DNA of 64,000 bases from an uncultured Bacillota bacterium (lineage in GTDB: Bacteria; Bacillota; Limnochordia; Limnochordales; ZCTH02-B6): NCBI GenBank assembly GCA_937975235.1, contig CALJUZ010000106.1, positions 695 to 64,694 on the forward strand. The letters run 5' to 3'. Shown one piece after another: positions 42,820 through 53,225 of the stretch (its first letter is position 1; every line of letters starts with the position of its first letter). The position numbers were made by a program, and so were the translations under genes. Below the pieces are notes generated by a model, which made no database searches, had not been told where the DNA came from, and saw only the letters and a list, made by a program, of their open reading frames with translations.

Positions 42820-42852
42820 CGGCCTTGCGACGCCTTGTTGACGGGTTTTCGG

Positions 42853-42879
42853 GCAGGAGTTGCCGCTCCGGACACGAAC
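42853..42879 (+). promoter_or_regulatory. sigmaH-like promoter before ftsK/spoIIIE
   Basis: GCAGGAGTT...ACGAAC (AGGA-N17-GAAC). Confidence 0.45.
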
Positions 42880-42904
42880 TGTAACGGGCGGGAGGTGCGT
42901 GCCC

Positions 42905-45046
42905 GTGGCGCGCGGCCGGCAAATCGCGGCCATTTTGATGACAGCCTTCGGGCTTTTTAGTTTCTTCAGCCTGTTTTTCGACGCGACGGGGCAGATCGGC
43001 GCGCTGACGGCGGACTACCTGCGCCGGGCGGCCGGCTGGGTGGCCGCCGGCCCGGCGCTGATCGTGGTCTGGCTGGGCGTCCGCCTCTACCGTGGCCTGT
43101 GGGACGCGGCGGTGCTCCGGCGGCTTCTGGGCTTCACCCTGGTGCTTCTGGCAGCCTCCATCGGTCTTCATTTGTATTATCGTTTCGCCACCGACTGGCC
43201 GGCGGCGTGGAGCCCGCAGGAGGAGGCGGCGGCGGCCGGCGACGCGGCCGGCGGCATGGTGGGCGGCCTGTTGGCCGGCGCCTTCATGCGCCTGCTGGGC
43301 CCGCTGGGCACGGGACTCGCCGGCGCCGCGGCGGTGGCGGTGGCCGGCATGCTGCTGGTGGACCAGCCGGTGCGGGACGCCTGGGCGCGCCTGACGTCCA
43401 AAACCGCGGCCGCGGGCGACAACGCCCGGGAGGCGCGCGCAAAGCTTTCACGACGCCGGCGCACGCGGGACGAGTCCGCCGCGCCCGCGGCCGACGCTGC
43501 GGAACCGGCGGCCGAGGACGGACCCGGGTGGGAGCCGGCGCTCCCAAAAGAGGACCGGCCCCCGGCCGCGAACGGTGAGACGGCGGGCCGGGAGGCCTCC
43601 GGCGGGCGCAGCCGGCGCCGGCCCGCGCGCACGGGCGGCTCCTACACGATGCCGTCCACCGCGTTGCTGGAGCGGCCGCGGCCCGCGCCCAGAACCCGGC
43701 CCGAAGAAGACGATGAACGGGTGCGCCAGCTGGAGGAGACGCTGGCCAGCTTCGGCATCGACGCGCGCGTCGTCAGCGCCAGCCGCGGACCCACCGTGAC
43801 CCGCTACGAGGTGCAGCCGCCGCCGGGCATCAAAGTGAGCCGCATCGTGGGCCTGGCGGACGACATCGCCTTGAGCCTGGCCGCGTCGGGCGTGCGGGTG
43901 GAGGCGCCTGTGCCGGGCAAGTCCGTGGTCGGCATCGAGGTGCCCAACAAAGAGACCAGCAGCGTCGTGCTGCGGGAAATCCTGGAGTCCGAGGAGTTCC
44001 AGCGAATGTCCTCGCCCTTGGCGATGGCCCTGGGCCGGGACATTTCGGGACGGCCTTTGGTGGCGGATCTGACCAAGCTGCTGCACCTGCTCATCGCGGG
44101 CGCGACGGGCTCGGGCAAGAGCGTGTGCCTGAACAGCATCATCACCAGTTTCCTGTACAAGGCGACGCCGGACGAAGTGAAGCTGATGATGATCGATCCG
44201 AAGCGGGTGGAGCTGTCGGTGTACGACGGCATCCCGCACCTCATCGCGCCCGTCGTCACCGACCCCCGCCAGGCCGCGGGCGCGCTGCGGTGGGCGGTCA
44301 AGGAGATGGAGAGGCGCTACGAGCTGCTGTCGGCCGCCGGCGTGCGCAACGTGGACGGCTACAACCGCAGCAAGCGCAAGCCCAAAGACGGGGACGAGTT
44401 TTTGCCGTACCTGGTGGTCATCATCGACGAGCTGGCGGACCTGATGCTGGTCGCGGCGGGCGACGTGGAGGACAGCATCGTGCGGCTGGCGCAAATGGCC
44501 CGCGCCGCGGGGATTTACCTTATCATCGCCACGCAGCGGCCGTCGGTGGACGTCCTCACCGGGCTCATCAAAGCCAACATCCCGTCGCGGCTGGCCTTCG
44601 CCGTCAGCTCCCACGTGGATTCCCGCACGATTTTGGACATGGGCGGCGCGGAACGGCTGCTGGGCAAAGGCGACATGCTGTTCTACCCGCTGGGCGCCCC
44701 CAAGCCTCTTCGGGCCCAGGGCGCCTGGGTCTCGGACGCGGAAGTGGAGGCGGTGGCCGACGCCTGGCGGGCGCAGGCGGAGCCGGAATACATCGAGGAA
44801 GTGCTGACCACGCCCGCGTCGGACCCGGCCGAGGACGTGGACGCGGAGGACGAGCTGTTCGACGAAGCGGTGCAGCTGGTGCGGGAGGCGGGCCACGCCT
44901 CGGTGTCCATGCTGCAGCGGCGGTTCCGCATCGGCTATGCCCGCGCGGCGCGCCTCATCGACGTCATGGAACGCCGGGGCATCGTGGGGCCGTATCAGGG
45001 AAGCAAACCGCGAGAGGTGATCGGGGTCGATGACAAAGCAAGGTGA
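42905..45046 (+). CDS. ftsK: DNA translocase FtsK/SpoIIIE
   Basis: 4-TM N-terminus, [22 protein letters not shown], gamma domain [17 protein letters not shown]. Confidence 0.96.
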   Translation: MARGRQIAAILMTAFGLFSFFSLFFDATGQIGALTADYLRRAAGWVAAGPALIVVWLGVRLYRGLWDAAVLRRLLGFTLVLLAASIGLHLYYRFATDWPAAWSPQEEAAAAGDAAGGMVGGLLAGAFMRLLGPLGTGLAGAAAVAVAGMLLVDQPVRDAWARLTSKTAAAGDNAREARAKLSRRRRTRDESAAPAADAAEPAAEDGPGWEPALPKEDRPPAANGETAGREASGGRSRRRPARTGGSYTMPSTALLERPRPAPRTRPEEDDERVRQLEETLASFGIDARVVSASRGPTVTRYEVQPPPGIKVSRIVGLADDIALSLAASGVRVEAPVPGKSVVGIEVPNKETSSVVLREILESEEFQRMSSPLAMALGRDISGRPLVADLTKLLHLLIAGATGSGKSVCLNSIITSFLYKATPDEVKLMMIDPKRVELSVYDGIPHLIAPVVTDPRQAAGALRWAVKEMERRYELLSAAGVRNVDGYNRSKRKPKDGDEFLPYLVVIIDELADLMLVAAGDVEDSIVRLAQMARAAGIYLIIATQRPSVDVLTGLIKANIPSRLAFAVSSHVDSRTILDMGGAERLLGKGDMLFYPLGAPKPLRAQGAWVSDAEVEAVADAWRAQAEPEYIEEVLTTPASDPAEDVDAEDELFDEAVQLVREAGHASVSMLQRRFRIGYARAARLIDVMERRGIVGPYQGSKPREVIGVDDKAR

Positions 45047-45944
45047 CGGCCGCACGAGCCGCGATCATATCGTGCACGCGACCATGGCGGGAGGCACCGT
45101 CCGGGCGCTGGCCGCGGTGACCACCGACACGGCGGCGGAAGCGCAGCTGAGGCACGGGCTGTATCCCACCGCGGCCGCGGCCCTGGGCCGCGTGCTGACG
45201 GTGACGGCCCTGCTGGGCGCGCAGCTGAAGCCGCCGCAGCAAGTGTTCGTGGACATTGTCGGCGACGGGCCCCTGGGCCACATCAAAGCCAATGCCGATG
45301 CCAACGGCAACGTCCGCGGCTACGTCAGCAATCCCCGCGTGCACCTGCCCCTAAACGACGGCGGCAAGCTGAACGTGGGGGCGGCGGTGGGGAAGGGGCA
45401 TCTGTACGTCACCCGCGACTTCGGGCTGAAGGAGTCGTACCGGGGCTACGTACCCCTGATCAGCGGCGAGATCGGCGAAGACTTCGCCTATTATTTCCTG
45501 CACTCGGAACAGCTGCCGTCGCTGGTGGCCTTGGGCGTGCTGGTAGAAAAAGACTATACCGTGCGCGCCGCGGGCGGCCTCATTGTCCAGCTGTTTCCCG
45601 AGGCCGACGAGGAAGTGGTCAGCCATTTGGAGGCGGTGGCCGCCCGGCTCCCCGCGGTGTCGTCCTCGGTAGACGCGGGCATGAACGCCGAGGACTTGAT
45701 TCGCCTGGCCGCGGACGGGCTGGACGTCACCGTGCTGCAGGAAAGTCCCGTCCGCTTCCACTGCGGCTGCTCCCGGACGCGCTTTGAGCGGGCCCTCATC
45801 GCGCTGGGCAAAGAGGAGCTGGAGGATATGCTGGCCGAGGACGGCGAGGCGGAGCTGGTGTGCCACTTCTGCTCGGCCAAGTACCACTTCGACGGCCCGC
45901 AGCTTCAGGCGCTGATCGAGGAAGCGGCCCGGCAGACCCAGTAG
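45030..45944 (+). CDS. hslO: Hsp33 redox chaperone
   Basis: [21 protein letters not shown], Zn motif CGC...CHFC. Confidence 0.96.
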   Translation: MTKQGDGRTSRDHIVHATMAGGTVRALAAVTTDTAAEAQLRHGLYPTAAAALGRVLTVTALLGAQLKPPQQVFVDIVGDGPLGHIKANADANGNVRGYVSNPRVHLPLNDGGKLNVGAAVGKGHLYVTRDFGLKESYRGYVPLISGEIGEDFAYYFLHSEQLPSLVALGVLVEKDYTVRAAGGLIVQLFPEADEEVVSHLEAVAARLPAVSSSVDAGMNAEDLIRLAADGLDVTVLQESPVRFHCGCSRTRFERALIALGKEELEDMLAEDGEAELVCHFCSAKYHFDGPQLQALIEEAARQTQ

Positions 45945-46016
45945 GCCGCGCCAAGAACGAAACCGCGCCCGGCCCGTCCGGCGGGACGGTCGCGCTGGGG
46001 AAGGTGTCGAAGGCCA

Positions 46017-48791
46017 ATGGGCGGTGCACTGCGGACAATGGCAAGGGCCGGCGTGGCCGCGGCGGTGGTGCTGGTGGCCGCCGTGTTCGTGTCGGCCAAT
46101 TTTCTCACCGAGTACTGGTGGTTTGACGCCCTGGGACAGGCGGGTGTCTTCTGGCGCCTGTTCGCGTGGCCGTGGGGCGTGCGCCTGGCGGGAACGGTCC
46201 TGTTCGCCTCGTTCATCTACCTGAATCTGCGCCTGACGCAGCCGGCCGTGGCCCGGGCCGTGTTCCGCTTCCAGGAGCGGGTGCCGTCGTTCGTCAGCGG
46301 GGCCTTCGTCCGCAGGGCCTCCCTGGTCGTCAGCGTCGTCTTCGGCTTTCTCGCTTCGGAGGCGCTGGCGCAGCAGTGGCCCGTCATCGCGCGCTTCGCG
46401 CACCGCGAGCCCTTCGGCATCGCGGACCCGCTTTTCGGCCGGGACGTAGGCTTTTACATGTTTGAGCTGCCCTTCTGGCGCATGCTGCACGGGTCCGCGG
46501 CGGGCGTGGTGGCGCTGACGGCCGTGTTCGTGCTGGCCGTCTACATGCTGGCCCGGGCCGTGGAGTGGACCCGCTCGCGCCTGTTTCTCGACGACGGGCC
46601 CCGCCGGCACCTGCTGGCGCTGGCCGCGGCGGGCGCGCTGCTGAAAGCGCTGGACTACCGCCTGGCCTTGTTCGAACTGCTGTTCTCCCGCCAAAGCGAC
46701 ACCATATTCGGCGCCACCTACACCGACTGGTACGCCCGGGCCGCGGCGCTGCGGGCGCTGTTGGTGCTGGCAGTGCTGGCGGCGGTGCTGCTGGCGTACA
46801 ACATGTTCCGCACCCGCCTGCGGCCCCTGGCCGCGGCCGGGCTGCTCTGGCTCGTCGCGTCCGTCGTCCTGGGCGGGCTGTATCCGGCCCTCCTGCAGCG
46901 CTTCGTCGTGGAGCCCAACGAGCTGGAGCGGGAGCGGCCCTTCATCGAGCATCACATCGAGTTCACCCGGCTCGCGTACGGGCTGGACGCCATCGAGGAA
47001 ATCGACTTTCAGGTCGACAACGACCTGACGTGGGACCAGCTTCTCGCGGACTCGGCCGTGTTCGACAACGCGCGCCTGTGGGACTGGCGGCCGCTGCAGC
47101 GCACGTACGAGCAGCTGCAGTCCATCCGCTTCTACTACACGTTTCCCGACGTGGACGTGGACCGCTACGTCGTCAACGGCCGGCTGAAGCAAGTGATGCT
47201 GGCGGCGCGGGAGCTGGATTTGAGCCAGATCACCAATCCCACGTGGGTCAACCAGCACTTGCAGTACACCCATGGCTACGGCATCGTCATGAGCCCGGTC
47301 AGCGAAGTGACCGCGCAGGGGCTGCCGCGGTTTTTCCTGGCGGACATTCCGCCGCGGCCCCGCGACGCGGACCTGATGGTCGAGCGTCCGGAAATTTACT
47401 ACGGCGAGCTGACGAACCACTACGTCATCGTCGGCACCCGCACGCCGGACTTCGAGTTCAGCTACCCGTCCGGCGACGACAACGTGCGCACCACGTACCG
47501 GGGCACCGGCGGCGTGCCCATCAGCTCCTGGTTCAGGCGAGCGGCTTTCGCGGTCCGCACCGGCACCGTCAACCTGCTGCTCTCGGACCAGATCGGCGAG
47601 CACACCCGCATTTTGTTCCACCGCAACATCCGGGAACGCGTCAGCCGCCTCGCGCCGTTCCTGCGCTTCGACCGGGACCCCTATCCCGTCGTCGCGGACG
47701 GCCGCATCTTCTGGATTATTGACGCGTACACCACGTCGTCGGCGTTCCCGTACGCGATGCCCAGCGCCTCGTGGCGGGCCAACTACGTGCGCAACTCGGT
47801 GAAAGCCGTAGTGGACGCGTACCACGGCACCGTCGATTTCTACGTCTTCGACGAGGACGACCCGCTGGTGCGGACGTACGCGAAAACGTTTCCGGGCTTG
47901 TTCCGCCCGGCGGAGGAGATGCCCGCGGAGCTGCGGGCCCACGTGCGCTACCCCGAGGACCTGTTCCGGCTGCAGGCGGAGATGTACGCGCTGTACCACA
48001 TGCGCAACCCGACGATTTTCTACAACCGCGAAGACGTGTGGCGCTTCGCGCGGGAAGTGTACTCGACGGGCGAAACGACCCGCACGCGGGAAGAAGTCAT
48101 GGACCCGTACTACGTCATCGTGCGGCTGCCCGGAGAGCCGCATCCGGAAACGGTGCTGATGCTGCCCTTCACGCCGTCGGAGCGCAACAACATGATCGCG
48201 TGGCTCGGCGCCCGCATGGACGGCGACAACTACGGCCGGCTTTTGGCCTTCCGCTTCCCGAAGGACGAGCTGATCTACGGACCAATGCAGATCGAGGCCC
48301 GCATCGATCAGCATCCGGACATCGCGCAGCTCCTGACCCTCTGGGCGCAGCGGGGCTCCAGCGTCATCCGCGGCAACATGCTCGTGCTGCCCATCGAGCG
48401 CAGCCTGCTGTACCTGAAACCGATATACCTGCAGGCGGAAACGGGCGACCTGCCCGAACTGGTCCGCGTCATCGCCGCCTTCGGCGACCAGCTGGCCATG
48501 CACCCGACGCTGGAAGGCGCCCTGCGGGCCGTCATCGGCGGCGAGGCCGCCGGCCCGCGGGCGGAGTCCGTGGCCGACGGAGCGCCGCCCGGGGAGACGA
48601 CGCCTTCCTTACCGGGTGCGCGGCCTCCGGACGCGGCAGCCGACGCGCCGGCCGCGGAAGCGCTGGCCCTGTACGAGCAGGCCCGGGCCCGGCTGCAAGC
48701 CGGCGACTGGGCGGGCTTCGGCCAGGCCATCGACGAGCTGGAAGCCGTGCTGCGCCGCCTGGCCGGCGACAGCCCGCCGGATACCGAGTAG
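46017..48791 (+). CDS. UPF0182 family membrane protein
   Basis: 7-TM N-terminus, DPLFGRDVGFY, RLWD, YTHGYG, NYVRNSVK, IRGNMLVLP. Confidence 0.93.
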   Translation: MGGALRTMARAGVAAAVVLVAAVFVSANFLTEYWWFDALGQAGVFWRLFAWPWGVRLAGTVLFASFIYLNLRLTQPAVARAVFRFQERVPSFVSGAFVRRASLVVSVVFGFLASEALAQQWPVIARFAHREPFGIADPLFGRDVGFYMFELPFWRMLHGSAAGVVALTAVFVLAVYMLARAVEWTRSRLFLDDGPRRHLLALAAAGALLKALDYRLALFELLFSRQSDTIFGATYTDWYARAAALRALLVLAVLAAVLLAYNMFRTRLRPLAAAGLLWLVASVVLGGLYPALLQRFVVEPNELERERPFIEHHIEFTRLAYGLDAIEEIDFQVDNDLTWDQLLADSAVFDNARLWDWRPLQRTYEQLQSIRFYYTFPDVDVDRYVVNGRLKQVMLAARELDLSQITNPTWVNQHLQYTHGYGIVMSPVSEVTAQGLPRFFLADIPPRPRDADLMVERPEIYYGELTNHYVIVGTRTPDFEFSYPSGDDNVRTTYRGTGGVPISSWFRRAAFAVRTGTVNLLLSDQIGEHTRILFHRNIRERVSRLAPFLRFDRDPYPVVADGRIFWIIDAYTTSSAFPYAMPSASWRANYVRNSVKAVVDAYHGTVDFYVFDEDDPLVRTYAKTFPGLFRPAEEMPAELRAHVRYPEDLFRLQAEMYALYHMRNPTIFYNREDVWRFAREVYSTGETTRTREEVMDPYYVIVRLPGEPHPETVLMLPFTPSERNNMIAWLGARMDGDNYGRLLAFRFPKDELIYGPMQIEARIDQHPDIAQLLTLWAQRGSSVIRGNMLVLPIERSLLYLKPIYLQAETGDLPELVRVIAAFGDQLAMHPTLEGALRAVIGGEAAGPRAESVADGAPPGETTPSLPGARPPDAAADAPAAEALALYEQARARLQAGDWAGFGQAIDELEAVLRRLAGDSPPDTE

Positions 48792-48836
48792 TTCGGGGCG
48801 GCGGCAGCCGGGCCGGTCTCGTTTCCGCAACGTCCG

Positions 48837-48865
48837 GCATACGGCCCTTTCCCGGGACATACATT
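48837..48865 (+). promoter_or_regulatory. sigmaE promoter of spoIIP
   Basis: GCATA-N16-CATACATT, near consensus. Confidence 0.8.
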
Positions 48866-48888
48866 TGCTCCCGAAAGGGGAGATGGCC

Positions 48889-49728
48889 ATGCCGCGACGC
48901 TGGCAAAGACCTGCGGTCAACAGACTCCGCGGTCGCACGGAATCGGACGGGCCCGGCTTGCTGTTCATTTTGGTCGCTTTGGTGGCCGTGGCGGTGGCCG
49001 GGGCCCGTCTTTTGGGTTTCGCCCCGGGACTGGGCACCGAGCCGGTCCAGACCCGGGTGGTGCCGCCGCTTGAGACGAGCCGCCGCGAGCCCGAGCCGGA
49101 TCCGGCGCCCGCACCGGCCGAAGAGCGGCAGCCGGTGGCCACCGTGCTCGTCTACCACACCCACGCGACGGAAAACTACAGCCCGGCCGCCACCCACGCG
49201 CAAGGAGGCCGCGCCGGCCACGTCGTGGACGTGGGCCGCACCTTCGCCGCGTGGCTGGACGACCTCGGCGTGCGCGTCATCCACGACACCGCCGTCCACG
49301 ATCACCCGAGCTGGGCGGGCGCGTTCGACAACGCGGCGCGGGCCGTCAGCGCCGTACTGCACCAGCAGCCCGACGTCAGCGCGGTGTTCGACATCCACCG
49401 CGACGCCATCGAGGGCGACGTGGGCAAAGACTTCGCCACGGTGCAGATCGGCGGCCGCCCGGTGGCCCGTATCCTGCTGGTGGTGGGCGACCAGAACAAC
49501 CCGTACGCCCGGGAAAACGCCGAGTTCGCGGAGCTGGTCAAAGCCCGCATGGATGCCATGTACCCGGGCCTGTCGCGCGGCATCCGCATTCAGCGGGCCG
49601 ACTACAACGGCCGCCTGCACCCCAACGCGCTGCAAGTGTTCATCGGCGACTACCGCTACAACACAGTGGAGGAAGCCGAAGAGGCCGCGCGGCTGTTCGC
49701 CCACGTGGTGGCGGACCTGTTTCGCTGA
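48889..49728 (+). CDS. spoIIP: SpoIIP-family amidase/endopeptidase (catalytic Glu apparently substituted)
   Basis: TM anchor, VYHTHATENY, FDIHRD, YN..LHPNAL...NTVEEA. Confidence 0.85.
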   Translation: MPRRWQRPAVNRLRGRTESDGPGLLFILVALVAVAVAGARLLGFAPGLGTEPVQTRVVPPLETSRREPEPDPAPAPAEERQPVATVLVYHTHATENYSPAATHAQGGRAGHVVDVGRTFAAWLDDLGVRVIHDTAVHDHPSWAGAFDNAARAVSAVLHQQPDVSAVFDIHRDAIEGDVGKDFATVQIGGRPVARILLVVGDQNNPYARENAEFAELVKARMDAMYPGLSRGIRIQRADYNGRLHPNALQVFIGDYRYNTVEEAEEAARLFAHVVADLFR

Positions 49729-49849
49729 CGCCGCGCCGGTGCGGGCCGCAGGCTAGAGCGGGCGACAGGAAATCTTTTCCCCGTGCCGAACCCGTTGCCT
49801 GGAGCATACGAACCCGGCGCTGCCGGGCATGCATGGAAGGGGCGCGGGG

Positions 49850-50368
49850 ATGATCAGAGCATACGACGGACGCCGGCCCGTGCGGGGCGAGCGGGTGTTC
49901 ATCGCCGAAGGCGCGCACGTCATCGGCGACGTGCATCTGGCCGACGGCGTCAGCGTCTGGTTCGGCGCGGTGCTGCGCGGCGACATCGAGCCCATCCGGG
50001 TGGGCGAGGACAGCAACGTGCAGGACGGCGCCATTTTACACACGGACGAAGGGTATCCCGTGGACATCGGCCGCCGGGTGACCATCGGCCACGCGGCCGT
50101 CATCCACGGCGCGAAAATCGAGGACGACGCCCTCATCGGCATGGGCGCGACGCTGCTTTCCGGCTCCACCGTCGGCCGGGGCGCCGTCGTGGCCGCGGGC
50201 GCGCTGGTGCCCGAGGGCGCGACCATCCCGCCGGGCGTTTTGGCCATGGGCGTGCCGGCCCGGGTGGTCCGGCCGCTGACCGACGAGGAAAAGGCGCGCG
50301 TCACGCGCGGCACGGACAACTACTGCCGGCGGCGGGACAAATACATCGAGCAAGGCTTCGGCCAGTAG
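49850..50368 (+). CDS. Gamma-carbonic anhydrase family (hexapeptide repeat) protein
   Basis: [41 protein letters not shown]. Confidence 0.93.
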   Translation: MIRAYDGRRPVRGERVFIAEGAHVIGDVHLADGVSVWFGAVLRGDIEPIRVGEDSNVQDGAILHTDEGYPVDIGRRVTIGHAAVIHGAKIEDDALIGMGATLLSGSTVGRGAVVAAGALVPEGATIPPGVLAMGVPARVVRPLTDEEKARVTRGTDNYCRRRDKYIEQGFGQ

Positions 50369-51174
50369 GCGGGCGCGTACAGAAGGGTGGCGGCGCGGGC
50401 CCGCACTTCGATGCGCGGCCGACTCAGCTCGTGCAGCTCGGCGATGCGCGCCCGCGCCAGTGCCACGGCCGCCCTGTCGGGCGGCCGCTCGGCCGTCGCC
50501 CGCTCCAGGTAGGCGTACAGCCGGTCCAGCTCCTCTTCAAGCCGCAGCAGCGCTTCCATGTACCACGACGGGTCCTCGTCGGCCAGCTGCCTGCACAGCG
50601 CGTCCACCGCCCTTTGGTGGGCGTCGCCCACGGACAGGCGCGGCCGCTCCGCGTCGGCCACGCCGTCGCCCATGGCTTCCAGCGGTTCGTCGAGCAGGGG
50701 AGGGCAAGGAAACGCCGCGCCGTCGACCAAGTCCACGGCCACCGGCTCCAGCCGCTCCCGCACGGAGCGGCCCACGCGGGCCACCACGAAGTGAAACACG
50801 AGAAACGGCCGCAGCGGGCCTCCCCGGCCCGACGCCGGGCGCAGGCGGGCCCCGCCCAGGGCGCACTCCCGCAGCGCCAGCCCGCACATCTGCTCCAGTC
50901 GCGGGCTGCCGGGCGCGAGGGGCTCGCCCGGATGGGCCGCCTCCGTCTGCGGATCTTCGAAGGCGAAGTAGAGCGTGGTCAGGCCGGCGTCCGCGCCGGC
51001 CCACAAGCCTAGCGTCCAAAGCGGGCGGTTTTCCAGCAGCGCCAGCTGCTCCCGGGTCAGCTCCACCCGCATGCCGCCGGGCAGGGGCTGCGTCCGCGCG
51101 CCCATCGCGGCGAAGAAGCGGTGGGTGAAGTCTGCCACGTCGGGTCCCGGCACGCGGCCTCGCGCCTCCGTCAC
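50320..51174 (-). CDS. yqhG: YqhG-like protein
   Basis: '[17 protein letters not shown]' and 'GSPRLEQM' resemble YqhG; overlaps the stop of the yqhH-like helicase. Confidence 0.7.
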   Translation of the reverse strand: MTEARGRVPGPDVADFTHRFFAAMGARTQPLPGGMRVELTREQLALLENRPLWTLGLWAGADAGLTTLYFAFEDPQTEAAHPGEPLAPGSPRLEQMCGLALRECALGGARLRPASGRGGPLRPFLVFHFVVARVGRSVRERLEPVAVDLVDGAAFPCPPLLDEPLEAMGDGVADAERPRLSVGDAHQRAVDALCRQLADEDPSWYMEALLRLEEELDRLYAYLERATAERPPDRAAVALARARIAELHELSRPRIEVRARAATLLYAPAYWPKPCSMYLSRRRQ

Positions 51175-52940
51175 GAAAGAATGCGCCGGCTTAGTTCCCG
51201 GGCGTGCTCCGCGGCCCGCAGCGCCTCCGCCCGCGCCGCCTCCACCCGCGCCGCGAGCTCGTCCAGGCGCCGCCGGACTTCAGCGCCGTCCCGGGCGTCC
51301 AGCACGATGTCGGCGATGGCCTGCTCAAAGGTCCTGTTCATGCGCAAGCGGGTCCACACGGCCTCCACGTCTCCCACCACCGCCCGGAACAGGTTCAGTT
51401 TGTCGTGCAGCAGCGCCACGATGTGCTCCTCGATAGTGTCCTTGGTCGCCATGTTGTAAATGTGCACGTCCCGCGTCTGGCCCAGCCGGTGCACCCGCCC
51501 GATGCGCTGCTCCAGCCGCATGGGGTTCCACGGCAGGTCGAAATTAACGACGCTGCGGCAAAACTGAAAGTTCAGCCCTTCGCCGCCGGATTCGGTGCTT
51601 ACCAGCACTTTGACGCCCGTGCGAAACAGCTGCCGCGTCCACTCCTTGCGCGAGGGCGACATGGAACCGTCGAAACCGAGGCTCGGGATTCCCGCCTGTT
51701 CCAGCCGCCAGCGGATGTAGCGCTGGGTCATGCGGTATTCGGTGAACACGATGAACTGCTCGTCGGGGGGGCTGTCTTCGATAAGCGCGATGAGGGCGTC
51801 GCACTTGCTGCTGGTGTCCACCACCTGGTTGCCCAGCGCCAAAAGCTCCGCCAGGCGCCGCCGCGCCTCCCGGTCCTCGGTCCGCTCGTACATCCGCTGC
51901 AGCGTGCTCATGGCCGCCGGCGCGCTGCTGCACAGCTCCCGCTGGAGGGTGACAAGGGGCAAAGCCCCGCTGGCCCTGGAGCCTGCCCGCCGGAACCCCT
52001 CGCGGACGAACTCGGTGACCGCGTCGTAAAACCGCCGCTCGGGCGGCGTCAGCCGCACCGGCACGGCGAACACGTGCCGCGGCGGAAACAGGACCGTGCC
52101 CGGCCCTCTCTCGGCGCGGACGACGTAGCGCCGCAGCTCCGCCCGCAGCGCGTCGACGCGGCGGGGCGTCCGCTTGTCGACCACGAACCGGGCCTGAAAC
52201 TGGCGCCAGGTGCCCAGGGCCCCGGGCGCCAGCAGCGTCACCAGGTTATACAGCTCTCGCAGGTCGTTTTGCACCGGCGTCGCGGTGAGAAGCAGGCAGT
52301 AGCGGCGGCGGATGCCGCTGACGAAGCGCCAGTTGTCGGAGCGCGCGTTTTTCAGCCGGTGGGCTTCGTCCACGATGAGCATGTCGCAGCCCAGCCGGAG
52401 CACCGCGTCGCGGTGAGGCGGCCGCTTGGCCGTGTCCAGGGACGCGACCAAGACGGGGCAGCCCTCCCAGTCGTGCAGGCCCCGCTGGCGCACCGCCGGG
52501 ATGCCGAACTTCTCCCGCAGCTCCAGCTGCCACTGCCACGTCAGGGACGCCGGCGCCAGCACCAGGGCCCGTCGCACCAGTCCCCGCAGCATGTACTCTT
52601 TCAGGATCATGCCCGCCTCGACGGTTTTCCCCAGGCCGACTTCGTCGGCCAGGATGGCCCGCCCGTCCATGTCCTCCACGACTCGCCGGCAGGTCTCGAG
52701 CTGGTACGGATAGGGCACCAGACCGGCCCTGCGCCAAAGCTCCCGGCAGTGCCGCCCGATGAGCAGACCGTCGCCCGGCTGCCGGAGCGACAAAGCCAGC
52801 GCCTCCAGAGCCAGCCGGTGCAGCTCGGGCGGGGAAAACCGCTGTTCCTGCACCCGCCGGGCGATGTCGCGCAGAGCCGTTTCCGACACGAGGACTTCGA
52901 CGGCGCCGGCCCGCCGCGGCGGCGCGAACCGTTCCTCCAT
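51171..52940 (-). CDS. yqhH: SNF2-family helicase YqhH-like
   Basis: ILADEVGLGKT, DEAH, LTATPVQN, STESGGEGLNFQ, LPWNPMRLEQRIGRVHRLGQ. Confidence 0.9.
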   Translation of the reverse strand: MEERFAPPRRAGAVEVLVSETALRDIARRVQEQRFSPPELHRLALEALALSLRQPGDGLLIGRHCRELWRRAGLVPYPYQLETCRRVVEDMDGRAILADEVGLGKTVEAGMILKEYMLRGLVRRALVLAPASLTWQWQLELREKFGIPAVRQRGLHDWEGCPVLVASLDTAKRPPHRDAVLRLGCDMLIVDEAHRLKNARSDNWRFVSGIRRRYCLLLTATPVQNDLRELYNLVTLLAPGALGTWRQFQARFVVDKRTPRRVDALRAELRRYVVRAERGPGTVLFPPRHVFAVPVRLTPPERRFYDAVTEFVREGFRRAGSRASGALPLVTLQRELCSSAPAAMSTLQRMYERTEDREARRRLAELLALGNQVVDTSSKCDALIALIEDSPPDEQFIVFTEYRMTQRYIRWRLEQAGIPSLGFDGSMSPSRKEWTRQLFRTGVKVLVSTESGGEGLNFQFCRSVVNFDLPWNPMRLEQRIGRVHRLGQTRDVHIYNMATKDTIEEHIVALLHDKLNLFRAVVGDVEAVWTRLRMNRTFEQAIADIVLDARDGAEVRRRLDELAARVEAARAEALRAAEHARELSRRILS

Positions 52941-52964
52941 GGGAGAACCTCCCGTTCACCCTGT

Positions 52965-52974
52965 TAGCATGCCC
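52965..52974 (-). promoter_or_regulatory. Forespore-type -10 element before yqhH
   Basis: GGGCATGCTA on the minus strand, one change from the element before the SASP gene. Confidence 0.45.
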
Positions 52975-53225
52975 GGGTCGACAATATTTTCACGAGATCG
53001 ACCTCCATAGACAGATGCAAGCAATTGACGATATTGCGGGAGGAAGATTATTGGTGGTATAGAAGTAACATGTCTGACTAATGCCCGGCCTTCGGGCAGG
53101 GGAGGAGGATGCCGGCGATCACGGACGCCCCTGCTGACGTAGGGACGGGGACAACCCCGGGGTGGATTTCTGCGCAGACGCAGGTCTATCGGCATGTGCA
53201 CCATGCAGAACAGGAGGGGTAAATC

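Noticed and set aside
45351-48503. Very long antisense or alternate-frame ORFs (also 23170-26007, 15933-18356, 26155-28644, 8829-11072, 10421-12625, 57650-59659)
   Set aside because: They shadow well-supported genes, have no family motifs, and are expected where stop codons are scarce in high-GC DNA.
52984-52999. CodY box upstream of the first ABC operon
   Set aside because: About five mismatches to AATTTTCWGAAAATT.
53070-53225. Known riboswitch, or a 37-aa upstream ORF (53109-53222), in the first ABC leader
   Set aside because: No recognisable SAM, TPP, cobalamin, T-box or c-di-GMP consensus by eye; SD-to-ATG spacing is only about 3 nt.
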